NCBI GenBank assembly: GCA_013285995.1
Contig: JABDGN010000003.1
Location: 5,317-69,316, forward strand
Direction: 5' to 3'
Source of the DNA: Gammaproteobacteria bacterium
GTDB lineage: Bacteria; Pseudomonadota; Gammaproteobacteria; JABDGN01
Length of the DNA stretch: 64,000 bases
Below are positions 8,801 to 17,834 of the stretch, one piece after another (positions within the stretch are counted from its first letter, which is position 1; every line of letters begins with the position of its first letter). The position numbers and the translations under genes are program-made. The notes below the pieces were generated by a model, which was not told the origin of the DNA, ran no database searches, and worked only from the letters and a program-made list of their open reading frames with translations.

Positions 8801-11800
8801 CGGAGGCCGCGCCAAAGGCGAGGGAAGTTTCTAATACCGCACCGGCAGCTTGATGGGTCGTTGCCACTGCCACCGCACTGCTGGAAGGGGCATTGTCTGA
8901 GCTGGCAAAATTGCCGCTACTTCCTAAATTACTTTGTGTGGCCTTCGCCAGTGCCAGCGTGCTGCCTGGCAAGCCTGTGCCGCCGGTATTAGCCAATGCT
9001 GTTTGAGCACTCGTATAAGCTATGAAGGCAGTGCTTCTGGCTTGATTAGCAAGATCAGTCAATGCCGCAGCGGTGGCTATTTGTTCCGATGTTTGCGCGA
9101 GAATACTGGCGCTGGCAGCTGCACTGCTCGCGCGAGCAGCATCGCGCACAGCGGTACTGGCGCTTTGCAGGGCCAGAAATACATCACTCGTTGCGCCGGT
9201 ATTCATCAACACCGCTGCTGCTGTGCTGGCTCGCAATGATTCATGGGAAGTTTGTAAAGCCGTCGTACCCGCGCTGCCAAAATTAAGCGTTGGTACTACA
9301 CTTTGCAAAGTAGCCTCTGCCGTTTGCCCGGCCGCCACCGTGGGGTTGCCGGTGCTGAAGGCATTGCTTACGGTAATGACCGGCTCCATTGCAGTGGCAA
9401 GACTAGTCGCGAGCAGCGGAATTTGCGCGTGCGCGCTGGAAGCTTGCTGCACAATAGCTACACCGCTGCTCAAGCCTGGGCTTTGGCCCCCGCTAGTCGT
9501 TAATTGAGCTTGCAAACTGGTTTGGGCTTGATTTGCATCGCTTAAGAAGCTAGCGCTGCTTTGCACAATTTGTTGATTAGTGGTGTGGAGGGTCGTAGCG
9601 CTCGCGGCCATCGCCGCCGCCGAACTAATATTATTTCCCGTTCCATTAGCCCCGGTAGAACCGGCCACCGGTAGAGCGCCTCGCGTACTTACAGCCGGCG
9701 GCAACGGTATGCTGGCACTGCTGCCCGCAGCAAAACTAAGTACTGCCTGCAGAGTTTGGCTGGCAGTTAAAGCTAAATTAGCGCCACTGCTCGCATTTTG
9801 ATTTGCCAATACCAGGCTAGTGTAAGCGGTGCTGCTCGGGTGACTGCGCCCGGCATGTTGAAAAAAATAAGCGTTGGGATCGCCCGTTAATTCGCCGGTG
9901 CCCAAAGTTGCCAGCGCATTTTGCGCACTGCTATAAGCTGCTTGCGTGTTATAGAGGGCGGTAGAAAGATCGCCGCTTCGCAAAGCGTTACCCGCCGTAT
10001 TCAAATGGCTAAGCGCCGTGCTGGTATATTGATTACTGGTATCAATTTGCTGCAAGATAACTTGTTCGGTGGTAGATAAATCAGTTCCCGTGCTTTGCAA
10101 GTTAGCACTGCTTTGGGCTACGAAAGTGGCTGCTTGCTGGCTGCTTGCCAGCGCCCGTCCGGTACTGCTCAACACTTGATATTCTCTGCTGGTAGAAGCA
10201 TAGCCACCACTTGCCAGCTGGTTTTGTAAAGCCTCCCCTGTACTGTTAAGAGAGCTACCGATTTGAGTTGCCAAGGCTTTGGTACTGTCTGCCGAAGGAA
10301 TGGAATCACTACTGGTGAGTTTTAATGCGCCACTTAAACGTCCAAGGGTAGTTCCTTGTAATTCCAGGGAAATTGCAAAAGTGCTCAAGACTGTAGGTGA
10401 AATAAGACCGCTGCTGCTGCTAAGGCGCACTAAGTTAAGAGTTGCCAACAGGGACGTTACGCCACCCGTAATGGCTGCTGGTAAGGCGCTGCTACCGCTC
10501 GGGTTAACATCACTCGTGTTGTCGTTTCCATTACTGCTGCTACTGCTATGCAACATTTGTCGTAAAGTGCTGGCGGCCTGGCTGCTTTGTGCGGCAAAAG
10601 TTCCGCTCGGTACTTGACCGGTTTCTTCGGCACGCGCTGTACCCGCCAAACTATTCGCGATGGCAGTGCTTTGGTCTGCTAACGCGGAGGACGCCGCGAC
10701 GGGGACACTGCCGCCTGTGCCGGCAGATTGGGTGGCCTGGATGAGTGCGGCCTCAGTGGTTTTGATGCCACTTTGGAATTGGCTAATGCTTTGCTGAATC
10801 TCGTTGGTGACGGGGGAAGGGCCAGTGCTGCCAGTGGCCGAAAGAAACAGTTCGGGAAAAAAAGTGCTGGCGGTTTCGCTGGTGGCGGCCAGGCTTTCAG
10901 CAGCGATCCCAAGTGTAGTGGTAAAAATAGCCGTCGATAAATCTTTAGCGGAGTGTGCAGTTGCTTTAATGCTGGTACTGGTGTAGTCAGTGCTGTCAGC
11001 TTGCTCGCCAAGATCGCCGGTGAGGCGCCTACCAGCTTGTGTAGTGGGCGCACTGGCAGGAAAGGGTGATGGCGGCGGCGGTGATGGCGACGGCGGTGAT
11101 GGCGATGGGGGTGATGGCGGTGCCATACCATTGCCACTGGTTGGCGCAGCAGAAGTTGGTGCAGTATTATTGCCAGCAGCTGGCGGTGGTGGCGACGGGG
11201 GTGATGGCGGTGCCATACCATTGCCACTGTAACCTGCTTGGCTGGTTGGCGCAGCAGAAGTTGGTGCAGTATTATTGCCAGCAGCTGGCGGTGGTGGCGA
11301 TGGTGATGATGGCGGTGATGACGGCGGCGATGACGGCGGTGGACACCAATCTCCACCCCAACCTCCATGCCTGTTAACGCATTCATTGCCAATAATTGCC
11401 GCCGCTGGCAGCAGACATAGGAGCCAGCATAAATTCCACAGCTTTGGGTTACACGAGCGCGATTTCTTTTTTTGTGGAGCTGCACCCATTGTAGTTGCAG
11501 TTCCGGCGGCTCCCTTCCGGAAGTTTGCCATATAATCACGCACTTTCTGCGCCACCGTATTACCGGCGGCACTACCCATTGCAGTTGCAGTTCCCGTGGC
11601 TCCATCTGCAGTTCGCATGGCTTCATCCAGGAGCCTTACCATATGCTCACGCACTTGTTGATTCGCTACATCGGCGGCATTTGTTTGCCTAACAATAGGT
11701 TTTTTTTGCTTTAATTCTCTTTGTATATTAACCGCCCGATTCTTTGCTTGACTGGCATCCTTCAATAAAGCAGCTTTAAGCCCCTCAAGCGGGCGATAAT

Positions 11801-14060
11801 ACTCTGCTGGATAAAGTTGTTCAATTTTATCTCCTTGCATGCTAATAAAGGCCAATAGTGTATCGGCATCGGAAATATATTGCGCTGTACATTTTTCACA
11901 ACCGAGTTCTTGTAAAGTGGGAATGGCGACTCCTGTCGCCGTTTTTGTTTCTGCCAAGGTTTGTGCTAAAAGTGTTGCTGCATCAGCAGCTGTGCGTGGC
12001 GAAAGAGCAAATTGAATAGTGTGAGTTTGTTGCCAAGTCGACAATTGGCTATTTAGCCCGGCAAATTGACTGAGATACCCTTGAATATCATTGTCGATGG
12101 CCGTAAAACTCATGGGTGCAACCTTGGCCCAATTGGTTTTTTGCGTCGCAATATTCTCTGCGCTTTGTTTTATAGCCGCTGCAATCTTTTCTAGTTCTTC
12201 AAGTGGCGTGACAGCGTGCGATCCACTGGCAGCGGGACCTGCAGCATTTGCTTCGTCTGCGGGCGTTGTTCCCGCAATAGGTGGAAGCCGCACTCTGGCG
12301 AGATTTCCCCCTGCTATGGGCATTTCACCATTAGTTGGTGGGAACTGTGAATCGAGAGTAAAGCCTTCAGGGGGAAACGTTTGACCTTGGCTGGGTGCTA
12401 CGGCAGGAGATAATGCAGTGGGATCTGATATGCCCGCTGGGGTTCTGACAGTTCCTTCTTCTGGATAAATATTTTCTACTGGGGTTGGCGTTTGTGGAAA
12501 GAATTCTAGCGTTGCTGATGCAGCAGCGGGTTTAAGTACCGGACTGCGCCCATCGCCCAGATTGAGCGTCTCCCGTGGTGGCGGAGTTTGTGGAGATAAT
12601 TTGCGTGATGCTGGTACAGGAGTAGGCAAAAGCTTGGGTACTCCGCTCGGAGCTTTTTTCTCGCGCTGAGCTTTCAGAGCGAGCAATTTTTCTTGCTGTT
12701 GTTTAGTCTTGGCATACTTGCGCCAGGCTTGCGCGATAATTTTTTGTGCGGTATCTTCGTCCAATCTTCTGCCGCTAGTGTGCAGTCTCCCTGCAGCAGA
12801 GCCTGGTTGCGGAGGAAGTGTGCGGGGCGAGTTCTCTGGAGGGTTTTGTGTGGGATCTCCTTCCAATCTTCTGTTGCTAGTGTGAAATCTCCCTGCAGCA
12901 GAGCCTGGTTGCGGAGGAAGTGTACGGGGCGAGTTATTTGGAGAGTTTTGTGTGGGATCTCCTTCCAATCTTCTGTTGCTAGTGTGAAATCTACCTGCAC
13001 CAGGGTCTGATTGCTCTGATTGCAGAGGAGGTGTGCGGGGCGACTTATCTGGAGGGTTTTGTGTGAGATCCACCTCCGGTTTTTTAGTGCTAATGTGAAG
13101 TCTTGGGTTATGGCGAAGAAGACCGTCATCTAACCTGATTTCAAAGGGTTCATCGTCGACTCCTTGGGGTCGAATTTCTTTTTTTCGCCCGCTGGGGTTT
13201 TTACCCGCAGGATTTCCTGTTTTTGTGTTTCCCAGCTTGTGGGCAAATACACGAGTGGCATCCTCATCCCCGTTAGACTCTTCTCCATCCAAGGCGTTAG
13301 CTGCAGCAGCAGCAGCTTCTTCTTCTGCTTTTTTTCGCTTTGCTTCTTCTTCTGCTTTTTTTCGCTTTTCTTGCTCCTCCGCTTCGAGATTTTGCTGACG
13401 TAATTTTTCTTGCAAATTTCTTATCGTAGCCTGGCTTTTAAAGCCACCGGGTGCAGCGCCGGGATTGACTAAAGTCATAGCACCGGAGCGCAGCATTTCC
13501 CTATGAGCAGGAGGCAAATTTCCACTACGAGTGGGAATGGGGCTTGCTGGTGGGGCTCCTGAGCGTGCTACCTCCAGATAACTGGGCGCTTTTGGCGGCG
13601 GCGAAGCTGACGGAGACACATTTGGCGGTGGCGAAGGGGGTGGAGACACATTTGGTGGCGATACCGTGGGCGGCGAATCACCAGGCGAAGAATTGCTTGA
13701 GGTAGGACTCACACCACTAAGGTGAGGTGCGGCGGAACCAGACGGAATAGGAAGTGGGGCTGAAGTTGAAGTAAGTCTCTTTTTTTGTGCAGCAATATAT
13801 TCCAAAGCCCCCGCAAGATCCGGTGCGCGGGCGTTTGAGGCGTTTGGCAGTACCGCTCCAAGATCCGGTGCGGGGGCGTTTGAGTCGCTTGGCAGTACGG
13901 CGGGAGCGGGAGCAGGCTTAAGGCCAAAATGATTGCTGGGCTTGAAAATATTCCGGGTGTTACTCGGCAGTACCCGAGTTGGCTGTGTGCTACTCGGCGG
14001 TACCCGAGGCCGTACCTGAACCCCGGGGTCTGGACCAACTCTGCCGCCACGATCTAACAT
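5826..14060 (-). CDS. giant 2744-aa low-complexity repeat protein (P-rich N-terminal region, central TM-like segment, about 1500-aa S/T/A/G/Q-rich region, Cys-containing C-terminal domain)
   Basis: Uninterrupted 8.2 kb ORF. GC content is far above neighbouring genes. Contains about 105-bp tandem repeats (approx 12760..13080) and roughly 100-bp PPSPP-coding direct repeats (approx 11100..11330). A hydrophobic stretch LWNLCWLLCLLPAAAIIG lies at approx 11385..11445. Confidence 0.8.
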   Translation of the reverse strand: MLDRGGRVGPDPGVQVRPRVPPSSTQPTRVLPSNTRNIFKPSNHFGLKPAPAPAVLPSDSNAPAPDLGAVLPNASNARAPDLAGALEYIAAQKKRLTSTSAPLPIPSGSAAPHLSGVSPTSSNSSPGDSPPTVSPPNVSPPPSPPPNVSPSASPPPKAPSYLEVARSGAPPASPIPTRSGNLPPAHREMLRSGAMTLVNPGAAPGGFKSQATIRNLQEKLRQQNLEAEEQEKRKKAEEEAKRKKAEEEAAAAAANALDGEESNGDEDATRVFAHKLGNTKTGNPAGKNPSGRKKEIRPQGVDDEPFEIRLDDGLLRHNPRLHISTKKPEVDLTQNPPDKSPRTPPLQSEQSDPGAGRFHTSNRRLEGDPTQNSPNNSPRTLPPQPGSAAGRFHTSNRRLEGDPTQNPPENSPRTLPPQPGSAAGRLHTSGRRLDEDTAQKIIAQAWRKYAKTKQQQEKLLALKAQREKKAPSGVPKLLPTPVPASRKLSPQTPPPRETLNLGDGRSPVLKPAAASATLEFFPQTPTPVENIYPEEGTVRTPAGISDPTALSPAVAPSQGQTFPPEGFTLDSQFPPTNGEMPIAGGNLARVRLPPIAGTTPADEANAAGPAASGSHAVTPLEELEKIAAAIKQSAENIATQKTNWAKVAPMSFTAIDNDIQGYLSQFAGLNSQLSTWQQTHTIQFALSPRTAADAATLLAQTLAETKTATGVAIPTLQELGCEKCTAQYISDADTLLAFISMQGDKIEQLYPAEYYRPLEGLKAALLKDASQAKNRAVNIQRELKQKKPIVRQTNAADVANQQVREHMVRLLDEAMRTADGATGTATAMGSAAGNTVAQKVRDYMANFRKGAAGTATTMGAAPQKKKSRSCNPKLWNLCWLLCLLPAAAIIGNECVNRHGGWGGDWCPPPSSPPSSPPSSPSPPPPAAGNNTAPTSAAPTSQAGYSGNGMAPPSPPSPPPPAAGNNTAPTSAAPTSGNGMAPPSPPSPSPPSPSPPPPSPFPASAPTTQAGRRLTGDLGEQADSTDYTSTSIKATAHSAKDLSTAIFTTTLGIAAESLAATSETASTFFPELFLSATGSTGPSPVTNEIQQSISQFQSGIKTTEAALIQATQSAGTGGSVPVAASSALADQSTAIANSLAGTARAEETGQVPSGTFAAQSSQAASTLRQMLHSSSSSNGNDNTSDVNPSGSSALPAAITGGVTSLLATLNLVRLSSSSGLISPTVLSTFAISLELQGTTLGRLSGALKLTSSDSIPSADSTKALATQIGSSLNSTGEALQNQLASGGYASTSREYQVLSSTGRALASSQQAATFVAQSSANLQSTGTDLSTTEQVILQQIDTSNQYTSTALSHLNTAGNALRSGDLSTALYNTQAAYSSAQNALATLGTGELTGDPNAYFFQHAGRSHPSSTAYTSLVLANQNASSGANLALTASQTLQAVLSFAAGSSASIPLPPAVSTRGALPVAGSTGANGTGNNISSAAAMAASATTLHTTNQQIVQSSASFLSDANQAQTSLQAQLTTSGGQSPGLSSGVAIVQQASSAHAQIPLLATSLATAMEPVITVSNAFSTGNPTVAAGQTAEATLQSVVPTLNFGSAGTTALQTSHESLRASTAAAVLMNTGATSDVFLALQSASTAVRDAARASSAAASASILAQTSEQIATAAALTDLANQARSTAFIAYTSAQTALANTGGTGLPGSTLALAKATQSNLGSSGNFASSDNAPSSSAVAVATTHQAAGAVLETSLAFGAASGVGGSTFAHEASSAASQASSASSAGVDALSSSFAQNPYDATTIANTASSAAGVAGAVSTAATANQVSSEMIASTAQNIEQNSVSTQSVITNILSSTGKSASTGNLPAAALSSALATSAGAAQSSRAIQVAAGSSSALAAHVASYSTGVFDSSGPVLVRTGNTGAPPTGSSGLVLARSGSTSGRGTPNLSTEQLVTGLATLQRTSQANRFVASTNTALSLADVSTGASATVASQVASSAGSLGSSEGVVSPGSSGSSGVPISTLQPLTWTALVTGFRSYASSLALQPSGSTQQIVAVQTAAATGSAWLAASSASISFALAASSGTSGAGSSEVGSSAVGNLGPAGSTGPAAVSSDAVGVPAAGSSGPAGSTGPAAVSSDAAGAPAAGSSGPVGSTGPGVVSTEMVQNAIQSTGAMINNAGTSLQLARMSVSTGGSGTTGGLGPRQSTAANNVFSTSQALLQSSQSAIGAASSGVNLAQQSSAGGVAATGSSKGDSTAALISSTTQSIMPIQSAVSTLPVLSEHLARSSGATQGTGVLNSTQKAVATAAIQSTAATGLAVASSAMATGLASSTITGNAVSTGKSADTAVTTVKMELSSGNYAAGSTAEQGLNNAQVTSEQVGAGSTQVAALGSSLGAVMSSLGQQSTAIAAGVLEFGSSNNIAVDSTGAGTTAAIRAAGSTLGTMPAQVSAVSTLNTKLNEVQTSFSLSGQSASDSAQSIQATTTALSSGDVGLVQQAITTAQAAGSTAYQAVMGVVSTLFGSATAGAAPTSGPVVPVSTAPLPAASTQPIGGGTTVVQQIASSLGSLQSSAYHAATSAMQATSSAYAYATSAFNELTSAAAGWATVGSSDSASSSRTIRTSGGTRSTGSLGAICPSNISAPNLGGIALPPNNRALAPGNWCAFLNAYVNNFTANGLIGCINMDTVYTHIGILGPQQNNPNALFNFKGMVNTKLDNTKGTNITAIGDNATAPVLAFWWPFASIYCQSLLSTTS

Positions 14061-14240
14061 AGACTGTCCCTACTAATTGATACAGCAAATATGCCACGCC
14101 TAGCCATAAATGGCAACCGGCTTAAAGAAAAAACTTTAGCATCCCTGCTGTTGAGAGTTTGCGCTCAATATCCCACCCATCTCCTGAATCGTTCAATAAA
14201 ACTGGAAAACCTAAATGGAATAACTATATACTCGCCTTTT

Positions 14241-15107
14241 ATGATGACCCTCAACGACATCCTGCAATGGGGCGCCAGCCGCTTCGAAACAGCTAACTTA
14301 TATTTTGGCCATGGCACCGATAATGCCTGGGATGAAGCCGTGTGGCTGGCTTCGCACATTTTGAATTTGCCGCCCGATGCCGATCGCAAGTTATTAACCC
14401 GTGAACTCAGCCTGTATGAAATGACGGCAATTCGTAATTTATATGGCAAGCGTATTGCCACGCGCAAACCGGCTGCGTATTTAGTAAACGAAGCTTGGTT
14501 TGCCGGCCAAAAATTTTATGTGGATGAACGCGTGATTGTGCCGCGCTCTCCCATTGCTGAATTAATCGCAGCACACTTTAAACCTTGGATTAAACTCTCG
14601 CAAGTCAAAAATATTTTGGATTTATGCACCGGTAGCGCCTGTATTGCGATTGCTTGCGCTAAACAATTTCCCAACGCACAGGTTGATGCGAGTGATATTT
14701 CGGAAGCTGCTTTAGAGGTTGCAAAGATCAATGTGGAAAAACATTCTTCATCGGTTCATTTATATCAATCCGATTTATTCAAAGCCTTGCCCATTAAAAA
14801 ATATGACATCATCATTTCTAATCCGCCTTATGTTGATGCTGAAGATATGGCCGCTTTACCGCAAGAATATAACGCCGAACCGCGTTTAGCCTTGGCGGCT
14901 GGCAAAGATGGCTTGCGTTTAGTTGATAAAATTTTAAAACAAGCCAAAAATTATTTAAGTGATGAGGGCATTTTGATTGTAGAAGTCGGCAATAGTGAAG
15001 CAGCTTTAGTTGCAAAATATTCGCAGGTCTCTTTCGTTTGGCTGGAATTTAAGCAAGGAGGGCAGGGGGTGTTTTTGTTAAAGGCTGAGGACTTAAAAAA
15101 TTTTTAA
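14241..15107 (+). CDS. prmB: 50S ribosomal protein L3 glutamine N5-methyltransferase PrmB (HemK family)
   Basis: NPPY motif (IISNPPYVDAEDMAALPQEYNAEPRLAL) and a PrmB-like N-terminus MMTLNDILQWGASRFETANLYFGHGTDNAWDEA. ORF opens at 14091, but that would leave only 30 bp to the divergent giant gene. Confidence 0.85.
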   Translation: MMTLNDILQWGASRFETANLYFGHGTDNAWDEAVWLASHILNLPPDADRKLLTRELSLYEMTAIRNLYGKRIATRKPAAYLVNEAWFAGQKFYVDERVIVPRSPIAELIAAHFKPWIKLSQVKNILDLCTGSACIAIACAKQFPNAQVDASDISEAALEVAKINVEKHSSSVHLYQSDLFKALPIKKYDIIISNPPYVDAEDMAALPQEYNAEPRLALAAGKDGLRLVDKILKQAKNYLSDEGILIVEVGNSEAALVAKYSQVSFVWLEFKQGGQGVFLLKAEDLKNF

Positions 15108-15124
15108 TCGTCTATAATCTCAAT

Positions 15125-15149
15125 GTAGGGGCGGCTCGCGAGCCGCCCG
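15125..15149. repeat. family A palindromic element (gtaggggcggctcgcgagccgcccg)
   Basis: Perfect palindrome 17 nt after the prmB stop. Confidence 0.8.
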
Positions 15150-15171
15150 TTATTTTAAAAGAGTATTTCCA

Positions 15172-16257
15172 ATGACAAAAAAAACTACTGTCGCCGTCTT
15201 GTATGGTGGCGTTTCCGGCGAACATGAAGTATCGATTATTTCAGCCAGTTCCGTTATCAAGCACATCGATCGCAAAAAATATTCCATTATTCCGATTGGC
15301 ATCGATAAAAAGGGCCGTTGGCACCGTAATGAATTAGCCAACGTTGATCCTTTAGAAGGCGAAAAATTGGTAGTACAAGGGAAGGGTGCCAAACCTTTTT
15401 CACTGGATTATTTTTTTCACACGCCGCATGAGATCGAGGTGGTATTTCCCGTTTTACATGGCACTAATGGTGAAGATGGCACCATGCAAGGGTTTTTAGA
15501 ATTAGCCAATGTTGCTTATGTGGGCGCGGGTGTGCTCTCTTCGAGCTTGGGGATGGATAAAGATGTCACCAAACGGTTAGCATTACAAGCTGGTATAAAA
15601 GTGACGCCTTATTGGGCTTTTACAGTAGGTGAATGGCAGCGCCATGCCGATGCGATCCTCGAGAAAATCGAACAAAAATTAACTTACCCCATGTTTGCCA
15701 AGCCAGCCAATACCGGTTCCAGCGTGGGAATTACCAAAGTTAAAAAACCCGCTGAATTGCGCGCAGCGATCGACAATGCTTTTTTATATGATAGCAAAGC
15801 GATCGTGGAACAAGGTTTGCGAGTCAGGGAAGTTGAATTGGCGGTGCTGGAAAATCCACTGCACGGTGAAAAACCTTTAGTGAGCGTACCGGGTGAAATT
15901 ATTACCAGCCACGAATTTTATACCTATGAAGCAAAATATTTAGATGAAAAAAGTTTGCAACTGATTATTCCCGCGCAGGTTTCTGACAGCCATTTAAAAG
16001 AATTGCAACGCATCGCCAGTACGGTATTTGAGTTATTAGAATGTCGTGGTATGGCACGGGTGGATTGTTTTATCGACAAAGATACCGATGCCGTAGTGTT
16101 CAATGAAATCAATACCATTCCTGGCTTCACGCACGTCAGCATGTATCCAATGATGTGGCAAAAAAGCGGTAAAGCTTATCCGGAGTTACTCGATAATTTG
16201 TTGCAATTGGCAATTGCACGGCAGGATAGAAAGCTGAAGCTAAAGCGGTCGCCGTAG
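15172..16257 (+). CDS. ddl: D-alanine--D-alanine ligase
   Basis: MTKKTTVAVLYGGVSGEHEVSIISASSV... ATP-grasp Ddl signature. 361 aa. Confidence 0.93.
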   Translation: MTKKTTVAVLYGGVSGEHEVSIISASSVIKHIDRKKYSIIPIGIDKKGRWHRNELANVDPLEGEKLVVQGKGAKPFSLDYFFHTPHEIEVVFPVLHGTNGEDGTMQGFLELANVAYVGAGVLSSSLGMDKDVTKRLALQAGIKVTPYWAFTVGEWQRHADAILEKIEQKLTYPMFAKPANTGSSVGITKVKKPAELRAAIDNAFLYDSKAIVEQGLRVREVELAVLENPLHGEKPLVSVPGEIITSHEFYTYEAKYLDEKSLQLIIPAQVSDSHLKELQRIASTVFELLECRGMARVDCFIDKDTDAVVFNEINTIPGFTHVSMYPMMWQKSGKAYPELLDNLLQLAIARQDRKLKLKRSP

Positions 16258-16260
16258 AAA

Positions 16261-16341
16261 ATCCCCCTTAGTCCCCCTTTTTCAAAGGGGGAAATCAAAA
16301 CAGCAGAATCCCCCCTTTGAAAAAGGGGGGCAGGGGGGATT
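16261..16341. repeat. family D hairpin element (two C5-loop-G5 hairpins ending ggggggcaggggggatt)
   Basis: Sits between convergent ddl and udk. Probably a bidirectional terminator. Confidence 0.75.
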
Positions 16342-16968
16342 TCAAGCGTTCAACAACATCTCTTTCATTTGCGCTTTAATCACATCGATCGCAATGCGAT
16401 TTTTACCGCCATGCGGCACGATAATGTCAGCATAACGTTTGCAGGGTTCAATAAATTGTTGGTACATAGGCCGCACCGTGTTTTCATATTGTTCTAACAC
16501 GGAATCTAAATCGCGACCCCGTTCTTTCACATCGCGCTTTAAACGCCGCAACAAGCACATATCGAGCGGGGTATCCATAAAAATACCGATGTCTAACAGT
16601 TCGCGTACTTTTGCTTCCACCAATAACAAAATGCCTTCTAACACGATAATCGCATGCTGCCCAATTTCACGGGTTTTATCGCTGCGTGTGTGTAAGCTGT
16701 AATCATAAACCGGCACTTGCACATTGCGGCCACCTTGCAATTGCTGCAATTGTTGACACAGTAATTCATGATCAAACGCATCGGGGTGGTCGTAATTGAT
16801 TTTTTGCCGTTGTTCTAAGGATAAATGTGAACGGTCTTTGTAATAAGAATCTTCCGAAATAATGACGACTTGATTAGAGCCTAACTCTTCCACAATGGTA
16901 CGGGCTAATAAACTTTTACCGGAGGCGGAAGGTCCGGCGATACCAATGATGATAGGTTGTTTATGCAT
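16342..16968 (-). CDS. udk: uridine kinase
   Basis: [17 protein letters not shown]-loop and Udk family sequence. 208 aa. Confidence 0.93.
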   Translation of the reverse strand: MHKQPIIIGIAGPSASGKSLLARTIVEELGSNQVVIISEDSYYKDRSHLSLEQRQKINYDHPDAFDHELLCQQLQQLQGGRNVQVPVYDYSLHTRSDKTREIGQHAIIVLEGILLLVEAKVRELLDIGIFMDTPLDMCLLRRLKRDVKERGRDLDSVLEQYENTVRPMYQQFIEPCKRYADIIVPHGGKNRIAIDVIKAQMKEMLLNA

Positions 16969-17002
16969 TTAAGTTCCTTGTTTTTGATTTATGACATCAG
17001 AT

Positions 17003-17052
17003 GTAGGGGCGGCTCGTGAGCCGCCCGCGGGCCGGTCACGACCGGCCCCTAC
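17003..17052. repeat. family A compound palindromic element (gtaggggcggctcgtgagccgcccgcgggccggtcacgaccggcccctac)
   Basis: Two nested GC-rich palindromes with GTAGG/CCTAC termini. Confidence 0.8.
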
Positions 17053-17085
17053 AGGAAGTACTTAACAGAGCGATTATAGCGTAAA

Positions 17086-17622
17086 TTATTCTTTTTCGCT
17101 CGCGATATTACGTAATAAAACCTGCACCGACCCCGCCCCACCATCCTTCGGCATGGCTGAATAAAAGGCTAATACATCTTTTAGCTCGCGCAACCATTGA
17201 TTAACAAAGTTTTTCAAAGTAGGATTATTATTTTCCGAGCGATGCCCTTTGCCATGAATAATCCGTATCACGCGATAATGTTTCGCCTGGCACTCCTGCA
17301 CAAATTTTTCTAAGGTTTGTTCTGCTTGCGCCAGTGTCAAACCATGCAAATCACATTCCGCTGCGCAAATTAAATTCCCTTTTTGCAAGTTACGCAATTG
17401 TCGCGGTTGTACTCCGGCACGCGAGAAATTTAATAAGCTATCGCTTTGTACGGGTTCTGTTCTTGGTACATTAAAATCTTTTGCAATGACGGACATTTCA
17501 GGAATCAGTTTGGGTTTACGTTTGATGCGCTTACGTGGTGTGATGATTTTATCGTGCGCAATGGGCTGCACCTTGCCGATGGAGTCACGAAATAATTGTG
17601 AAGGTTCTGTAGAATGTTTCAT
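17086..17622 (-). CDS. smrB: Smr-domain protein SmrB (ribosome rescue endonuclease)
   Basis: DLHGLTLAQAEQTLEKFVQECQAKHYRVIRIIHGKGHRS Smr domain. E. coli smrB (yfcN) is also adjacent to prmB. Confidence 0.8.
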   Translation of the reverse strand: MKHSTEPSQLFRDSIGKVQPIAHDKIITPRKRIKRKPKLIPEMSVIAKDFNVPRTEPVQSDSLLNFSRAGVQPRQLRNLQKGNLICAAECDLHGLTLAQAEQTLEKFVQECQAKHYRVIRIIHGKGHRSENNNPTLKNFVNQWLRELKDVLAFYSAMPKDGGAGSVQVLLRNIASEKE

Positions 17623-17834
17623 GAATGGCCATTATATGATAGTTAACAAAAATTATAGCACGCGCAATTTTTAGCGCACAAACAATAATTTTTTATGCCG
17701 AAGCTTAAGGAAATATTAAGGGATTAATGAAGATTTACGTGAATCATTATAATTTTTTTTTAAAAGCAACATTTTTTCTAAAAATTTGTTAGGATCGCAG
17801 AAAAGCTGCTAAATAATTTTAATGAGAACATTTT

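Noticed and set aside
6025-13403. About 30 ORFs of 60-315 aa in other frames and on the plus strand inside the giant gene (e.g. 6025..6324, 7559..8212, 10679..11626, 12674..13129)
   Set aside because: These are artifacts of the locally high GC content (few stop codons). All are nested in the single uninterrupted 2744-aa frame, have no start context, and their products are simple repeats mirroring the main frame.
14091-14240. N-terminal extension of prmB (track ORF starts 14091)
   Set aside because: It would leave 30 bp between divergent start codons. PrmB homologs begin near MMTLNDILQWG. The extension has no conserved residues.
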